Shown: piece after piece, positions 24,089 to 28,649 of the stretch | How the letters are laid out: each line of letters starts with the position of its first letter | Position numbering within the stretch: position 1 is the first letter of the stretch | NCBI GenBank assembly: GCA_035285545.1 | Contig: JAYKGY010000020.1 | Span: 1 to 28,649, forward strand | Source: Snowella sp. | GTDB lineage: Bacteria; Cyanobacteriota; Cyanobacteriia; Cyanobacteriales; Microcystaceae | Reading direction: 5' to 3' | DNA: 28,649 bases | The notes under the pieces: model-generated | What the model saw: the letters and a program-made list of their open reading frames with translations, nothing else | Database searches by the model: none | What the model was told of the DNA's origin: nothing | Position numbers and translations under genes: made by a program

Positions 24089-27000
24089 ATGACCCTCTCC
24101 TCTCTGACTCGCCATCTCGAAAAATTACCCCTAACTGCGGAGTTATTACAAAAACTGAATCAACAGCGATCGCTGTCGTTAACGGGAATTTCGCGGCTAC
24201 CGAAGGGATTAATTAGTTCGACCTTAGCTCAGGCGTTATCTCAGAATTTATTAATTGTCACCGCAACCTTAGAAGAAGCAGGACGTTGGGCGGCTCAGTT
24301 GGAACTAATGGGTTGGAAAACCGTGAATTTTTATCCCACCTCCGAAGCCTCTCCCTACGAAGCCTTTAGCACAGAATCAGAAATGATCTGGGGACAAATG
24401 CAGGTTTTATCCAATCTGGTGAGTTTATCGGGATTAACGGCCATTATTACTACCGAAAAAGCCCTACAGCCCCATTTACCACCTGCTGATGTTTTTCAAT
24501 CCTACTGTTTAACCTTTCAAGCGGGAATGACCCAAAAGAGTAAGGATTTAGACTTTGCCTTAGCCCGATTAGGCTATGAACGGGTGGCATCGGTGGAAAC
24601 CGAGGGACAGTGGAGTCGTCGGGGGGATATTGTTGATATTTTTCCCGTTTCGGCAGAATTACCCGTCCGTTTGGAGTGGTTTGATGAAGAGTTAGAACAA
24701 TTACGGGAGTTTGACCCGGCAACACAGCGATCGCTGGATAAGATTGAGAAATTAGTCTTAACGCCGACGAGTTTTGAAGCGATCATTGCTCAACAAATTC
24801 AAACGAATGATGAGGATATTTCAGATTATTTAACACCTGAAGAATTAGAGAAATTAGAACAGGGAAATTTACCCGACGGAATGCAACGATTTTTAGGGAT
24901 TGCTTTTGAAAAACCCGCTTCGTTATTGGATTATTTACCGTCTCAAACCCTCTGTGTTTTTGATGAAGTCGAACAGTGCCATGCCCACAGCGATCGCTGG
25001 CTAGAAACGGTGGATCGAGAGTGGCAATTTTTCCAAGCTAAATATGAAACCGCTTTTCCTAAAATTCACTCTAGTTTTACAGAGGTCTTAGCAGGAATTA
25101 ACACTCACTTTCAAACAATTTATGTCTCAGAGTTAGGAGATAGTGCCGATAAAAACGCCCTTAATTTATCCAGCCGTCCTATTCCCACCATGCCCCACCA
25201 ATTCGCCAAACTCAGTGAAATCCTACGGGGAAAACGGGAAATTTATACCAATTTTACCCTCAATAATTATGCCACTTGGTTAATTTCTGCCCAGCCTTCC
25301 CGTACCGTTTCTCTGTTGCAAGAACATGACTGTGCGGTGCAATTTGTCCCTAATCCCAGAGATTATCCCGCTATCGAAAAATTCCAGATCCAAAAGAACG
25401 CGATCGCGCTCAAATACTCAGGAGTCGCTGAACTAGAAGGATTTATTTTACCCACTTTTCGGATTGCCATTGTTACTGACCGAGAATTATTTGGCCAACA
25501 CGCTTTAGCTACACCGGAATATATTCGGAAACGTCGTCGAGCGGCTTCTAAACAAGTTGATTTAAATAAACTTTCGCCCCAGGATTATATTGTCCACAAA
25601 AGTCATGGGATTGGTAAATTTTTAAAACTAGAAAAATTAGAAAGCCGAGAATATCTAGTCATTCAATATGCGGATGGCATTTTACGCATTCCTGCCGATA
25701 GTTTTGACAGTCTATCCCGTTATCGCTTTAGTGAATCCGAGCCACCCCAACTCCATAAAATGGGCGGCAAAGCCTGGGAAGCGACAAAAAATAAAGTCCG
25801 CAAAACCATTAAAAAACTGGCCGTTGATTTACTCAATCTCTACGCAAAACGTGCCAAACAAGAGGGGTTTTCCTATCCACCTGATACGGTTTGGCAAGAA
25901 GAACTTGAAGATTCTTTTCCCTATCAAGCCACACCCGATCAACTGAAAGCCGTACAAGACGTTAAACGGGATTTAGAAAGCGATCGCCCGATGGATCGGT
26001 TAGTTTGTGGGGATGTGGGTTTTGGTAAAACCGAAGTGGCGGTTCGAGCAATTTTTAAAGCAATAACGAGCGGGAATAAACAGGTGGCGTTATTGGCTCC
26101 AACTACGATTTTAACCCAACAGCATTACCACACCCTCAAAGAACGATTTGCCCCCTATCCGATTAACATTGGTTTATTAAATCGATTCCGCACCGCATCA
26201 GAGAGAAAAGACATTTTACAACGCTTAGAATCGGGGGAATTAGATGTCGTCGTAGGAACTCAACAACTCTTAGGAAAAGGCGTAAAATTCAAAGATTTAG
26301 GCTTATTAGTGATCGATGAAGAACAACGTTTTGGCGTGAATCAAAAGGAAAAAGTTAAGAGTTTAAAAACCGAAGTGGATGTGTTAACCTTAACCGCAAC
26401 GCCGATTCCGCGAACTTTATATATGTCTTTATCCGGCATTCGGGAAATGAGCTTAATTACCACCCCTCCCCCGTCTCGCCGTTCCATCAAAACCCATTTA
26501 TCTTCCTACAATCCTGAAGTGATTCGCACTGCTATTCGTAATGAGTTAGATCGAGGGGGACAGGTTTTCTATGTGGTTCCCCGTATTGAAGGCATTGAAG
26601 AAGTGGGGGGTCAGTTGCGGGAAATGGTTCCGAGTGCCCGTATCGCGATCGCGCATGGTCAGATGGATGAATCGGAGCTAGAAAGCACCATGTTGGCCTT
26701 TAACAACGGGGAAGCAGAAATTCTCGTTTGTACGACTATTATTGAAGCTGGGTTAGATATTCCCAGAGTTAACACGATTATTGTCGAAGATGCCCAAAAA
26801 TTCGGGTTGGCTCAACTTTATCAGCTACGGGGGCGGGTCGGACGTTCAGGCATTCAGGCCCATGCCTGGTTACTCTATCCCAATAAACGAGAATTAACGG
26901 AAACAGCACGGCAACGATTAAAAGCTTTACAGGAATTTTCCCAATTGGGTTCGGGCTATCAATTGGCAACCCGTGATATGGAAATTCGCGGTGTGGGTTC

Positions 27001-27577
27001 GTTACTGGGGGCAGAACAGTCGGGACAAATGGAAGCGATTGGTTTTGAACTCTATATGGAAATGTTGCAGGAAGCCATTAAGGAGATTCAAGGACAGGAA
27101 ATTCCCAAGGTGGAAGATACCCAAATTGATCTGCAAATTACGGCCTTTATTCCTTCTGAATATATTCCCGATCTGGAACAAAAAATGGCCGCCTATCAAC
27201 GAATTTCGTCCGTTAATTCCCCTGAAGAAATGGTACAGGTGGCAGCAGAATGGAGCGATCGCTATGGAACTTTACCGTCTTCAGTGGAGCAATTATTTAA
27301 GGTGATTGAGTTAAAACATTTGGCTAAGTCTTTGGGATTTTCTCGCATCAAACCCGATGGCAAACAACACATTATTTTAGAAACCCCAATGGAGGAACCC
27401 GCCTGGAAATTATTACAGGAAAATTTACCGCAACATTTACAATCTCGCTTTGTTTATAGCCCGAAAAAAGTAACGGTTCGGGGGCTAGGCGTGGTTAAAC
27501 CCAAACAACAATTAGAAAACTTAATTGATTGGTTAGGTAAAATGAAAGGAGCATTACCTGATGCTAAATCTTCATAA
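24089..27577 (+). CDS. mfd: Transcription-repair coupling factor
   Basis: UvrB-like [10 protein letters not shown], CarD-like [59 protein letters not shown]-terminus; ATG at 24089 (TTG at 24083 possible). Confidence 0.97.
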   Translation: MTLSSLTRHLEKLPLTAELLQKLNQQRSLSLTGISRLPKGLISSTLAQALSQNLLIVTATLEEAGRWAAQLELMGWKTVNFYPTSEASPYEAFSTESEMIWGQMQVLSNLVSLSGLTAIITTEKALQPHLPPADVFQSYCLTFQAGMTQKSKDLDFALARLGYERVASVETEGQWSRRGDIVDIFPVSAELPVRLEWFDEELEQLREFDPATQRSLDKIEKLVLTPTSFEAIIAQQIQTNDEDISDYLTPEELEKLEQGNLPDGMQRFLGIAFEKPASLLDYLPSQTLCVFDEVEQCHAHSDRWLETVDREWQFFQAKYETAFPKIHSSFTEVLAGINTHFQTIYVSELGDSADKNALNLSSRPIPTMPHQFAKLSEILRGKREIYTNFTLNNYATWLISAQPSRTVSLLQEHDCAVQFVPNPRDYPAIEKFQIQKNAIALKYSGVAELEGFILPTFRIAIVTDRELFGQHALATPEYIRKRRRAASKQVDLNKLSPQDYIVHKSHGIGKFLKLEKLESREYLVIQYADGILRIPADSFDSLSRYRFSESEPPQLHKMGGKAWEATKNKVRKTIKKLAVDLLNLYAKRAKQEGFSYPPDTVWQEELEDSFPYQATPDQLKAVQDVKRDLESDRPMDRLVCGDVGFGKTEVAVRAIFKAITSGNKQVALLAPTTILTQQHYHTLKERFAPYPINIGLLNRFRTASERKDILQRLESGELDVVVGTQQLLGKGVKFKDLGLLVIDEEQRFGVNQKEKVKSLKTEVDVLTLTATPIPRTLYMSLSGIREMSLITTPPPSRRSIKTHLSSYNPEVIRTAIRNELDRGGQVFYVVPRIEGIEEVGGQLREMVPSARIAIAHGQMDESELESTMLAFNNGEAEILVCTTIIEAGLDIPRVNTIIVEDAQKFGLAQLYQLRGRVGRSGIQAHAWLLYPNKRELTETARQRLKALQEFSQLGSGYQLATRDMEIRGVGSLLGAEQSGQMEAIGFELYMEMLQEAIKEIQGQEIPKVEDTQIDLQITAFIPSEYIPDLEQKMAAYQRISSVNSPEEMVQVAAEWSDRYGTLPSSVEQLFKVIELKHLAKSLGFSRIKPDGKQHIILETPMEEPAWKLLQENLPQHLQSRFVYSPKKVTVRGLGVVKPKQQLENLIDWLGKMKGALPDAKSS

Positions 27578-27639
27578 TGGGTAAGATGAAATTCAACGTC
27601 TAGCGCGGATTCTACCTCTATTCGTTTAATTAACGTTAG

Positions 27640-28278
27640 TTAAGACCATTGGGAAAGCAACCAAGCACTCACTTTTCCATAATTCATTTGCCGACTACGC
27701 CGTAAGGCTTCTTCTAAGGTTGTGATTTCTAATTCGGGCAACACCTGAGATGTTTTGATGCGATAGCTTCCCTGATTTTCGATACTAAAAGCAAAAATTT
27801 GCACATTTTCAACATCAATGATCCAGTATTCCTGTACCCCTAAAGTTTCATAAATTAACCGTTTTTCGCCCTTATCATCTGCTAGAGAAGATGCTGCAAC
27901 TTCAACCACTAAATCAGGGACAGGATATTCATCTAAGTCAATAATGCTCGTATTCCAAGGAATTAATTCAGCGCGATCGCCGATATAAAAAGAAACATCC
28001 GGTTGAACTTCTTGATAGCCAGCTTTGCGATAGGAACAATTATCATGGCCATCTAAATTGATATTTTTTAAGCCTGCAAAAAGGGTTATTGCGCCAATAA
28101 TATTAAAATGATCGCGAGAATGGGGATTTCCTAACGGTGTCATTTCAATCCTCATGTAACCTTGATGATAATACCCTTTTGTTTGTTCATAGATAGGGTT
28201 ATTTAGAATAGTTAAATACTCTTCCCAAGTCGCTTTAATCCAAGTATCCGTTGTAATTTTCGGCAGCGATATAACCAT
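27640..28278 (-). CDS. Uma2 family putative endonuclease
   Basis: WIKATWEEY, QPDVSFYIG, PDLVVEVAASSLADDKGEKRLIYETLGVQEYWIIDV. Confidence 0.9.
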   Translation of the reverse strand: MVISLPKITTDTWIKATWEEYLTILNNPIYEQTKGYYHQGYMRIEMTPLGNPHSRDHFNIIGAITLFAGLKNINLDGHDNCSYRKAGYQEVQPDVSFYIGDRAELIPWNTSIIDLDEYPVPDLVVEVAASSLADDKGEKRLIYETLGVQEYWIIDVENVQIFAFSIENQGSYRIKTSQVLPELEITTLEEALRRSRQMNYGKVSAWLLSQWS

Positions 28279-28296
28279 GATTTTTAGACTAAAAAA

Positions 28297-28528
28297 TTAG
28301 TGGGGATGGTAAATAAGATTGGTTTTGATCTCAGTCAAAGCTTGTTCTAGGGTTAAGTCCCTATCGACTTCCCACCACTGTCCTGTGTGTCGGAAATAGG
28401 CCAAGTTAAACTTGTCAGGCGCAACATATTCTAAACGAGTGAACTTAGCCTCAAAAGAGGGCGCGATCGCTCTAGGACTAGGGCAATTATAGGTTCCACA
28501 AATGTAAAAATAACAGCGATACCACTTA
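28297..28528 (-). pseudogene. 3' part of a conserved hypothetical (possibly DUF3024-like) gene interrupted by an IS
   Basis: KWYRCYFYICGTYNCPSPRAIAPSFEAKFTRLEY...YFRHTGQWWEV looks like a real protein, but the upstream part of ORF 28297-28623 is IS sequence read out of frame. Confidence 0.7.
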
Positions 28529-28649
28529 GAACCTATCCGAAAAATGTGAGAAGTTTGCGGCCGATGATCAAACAAGCAGCAATCTGAATAAAGCCCAAGT
28601 AGGATTGAGAAGATTTGGCCCATCGAATAAGGATGCCTCGGAAACGATT
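28529..28649 (-). mobile_element. Right end of an IS5-family insertion sequence (transposase C-terminus 28649-28533 plus terminal IR)
   Basis: Minus frame NRFRGILIRWAKSSQSYLGFIQIAACLIIGRKLLTFFG* matches the IS5 DDE C-terminal pattern (NRFR.L.IRW.K....Y); the stop lies inside the end TTTTCGGATAGGTTC, followed by TAA. Confidence 0.85.

Larger units (their letters stand above)
1..28649. repeat. HIP1 (highly iterated palindrome GCGATCGC), dispersed
   Basis: Roughly 40 copies by eye (e.g. 763, 1281, 3561, 12317, 13872, 14365, 17633, 18227), far above the chance expectation of under one. Confidence 0.95.

Noticed and set aside
648..27305. Numerous 60-127 aa ORFs overlapping long genes (e.g. 648-908, 6360-6743, 8904-9191, 17532-17750, 26973-27305)
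   Set aside because: Antisense or alternate-frame shadows of well-supported CDSs with no motifs
27581..27620. Degenerate REP-like hairpin or terminator after mfd
   Set aside because: The arms GTAAGATGAAATTC and GGATTCTACCTCTA pair poorly and there is only one copy in the window
28529..28623. N-terminus of the 108-aa ORF as a genuine gene start
   Set aside because: It lies inside the IS5 end, out of frame with the transposase
1..28649. DGR template repeat or reverse transcriptase within the window
   Set aside because: I found no AAC-rich second copy of the VR and no ORF with RT motifs. The GGTTTTCGGAACAACAAT at ~8369 is just the kinase C-terminus on the opposite strand.

Overview
Chromosomal window from a cyanobacterium, probably a unicellular Chroococcales type: the HIP1 octamer GCGATCGC occurs roughly 40 times by eye and the core genes are cyanobacterial. 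Housekeeping content comprises a Wzy/O-antigen-ligase-like gene, lptA-lptB-lptF/G, tRNA-Ala(UGC) head-to-head with trhO, an M16 peptidase, 6S RNA, YihY, a DICT-GAF histidine kinase, a DHH phosphoesterase, livHMGF, a DUF1400 hydrolase and mfd. A ~6.2 kb accessory island lies at ~12.08-18.24 kb. Its main feature, not visible in the ORF track, is the remnant of a diversity-generating retroelement (DGR). The target is a 926-aa membrane KAP-family P-loop NTPase with a C-terminal FGE-sulfatase/CLec domain whose last codons show the NNY/NGG pattern of adenine-specific mutagenesis. It is followed by pyrimidine-rich repeats and a truncated avd gene; I found no template repeat or reverse transcriptase in the window. 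The island also holds Uma2 nucleases, HicB-HicA, a DUF433 gene apparently fused to a toxin tail, a ParE-type TA pair and a MITE. Most module borders carry HIP1, three of them within a longer 16-bp direct repeat. At the right edge an IS5-family element has interrupted a small gene. All family calls come from motif recognition and recall, not database searches.
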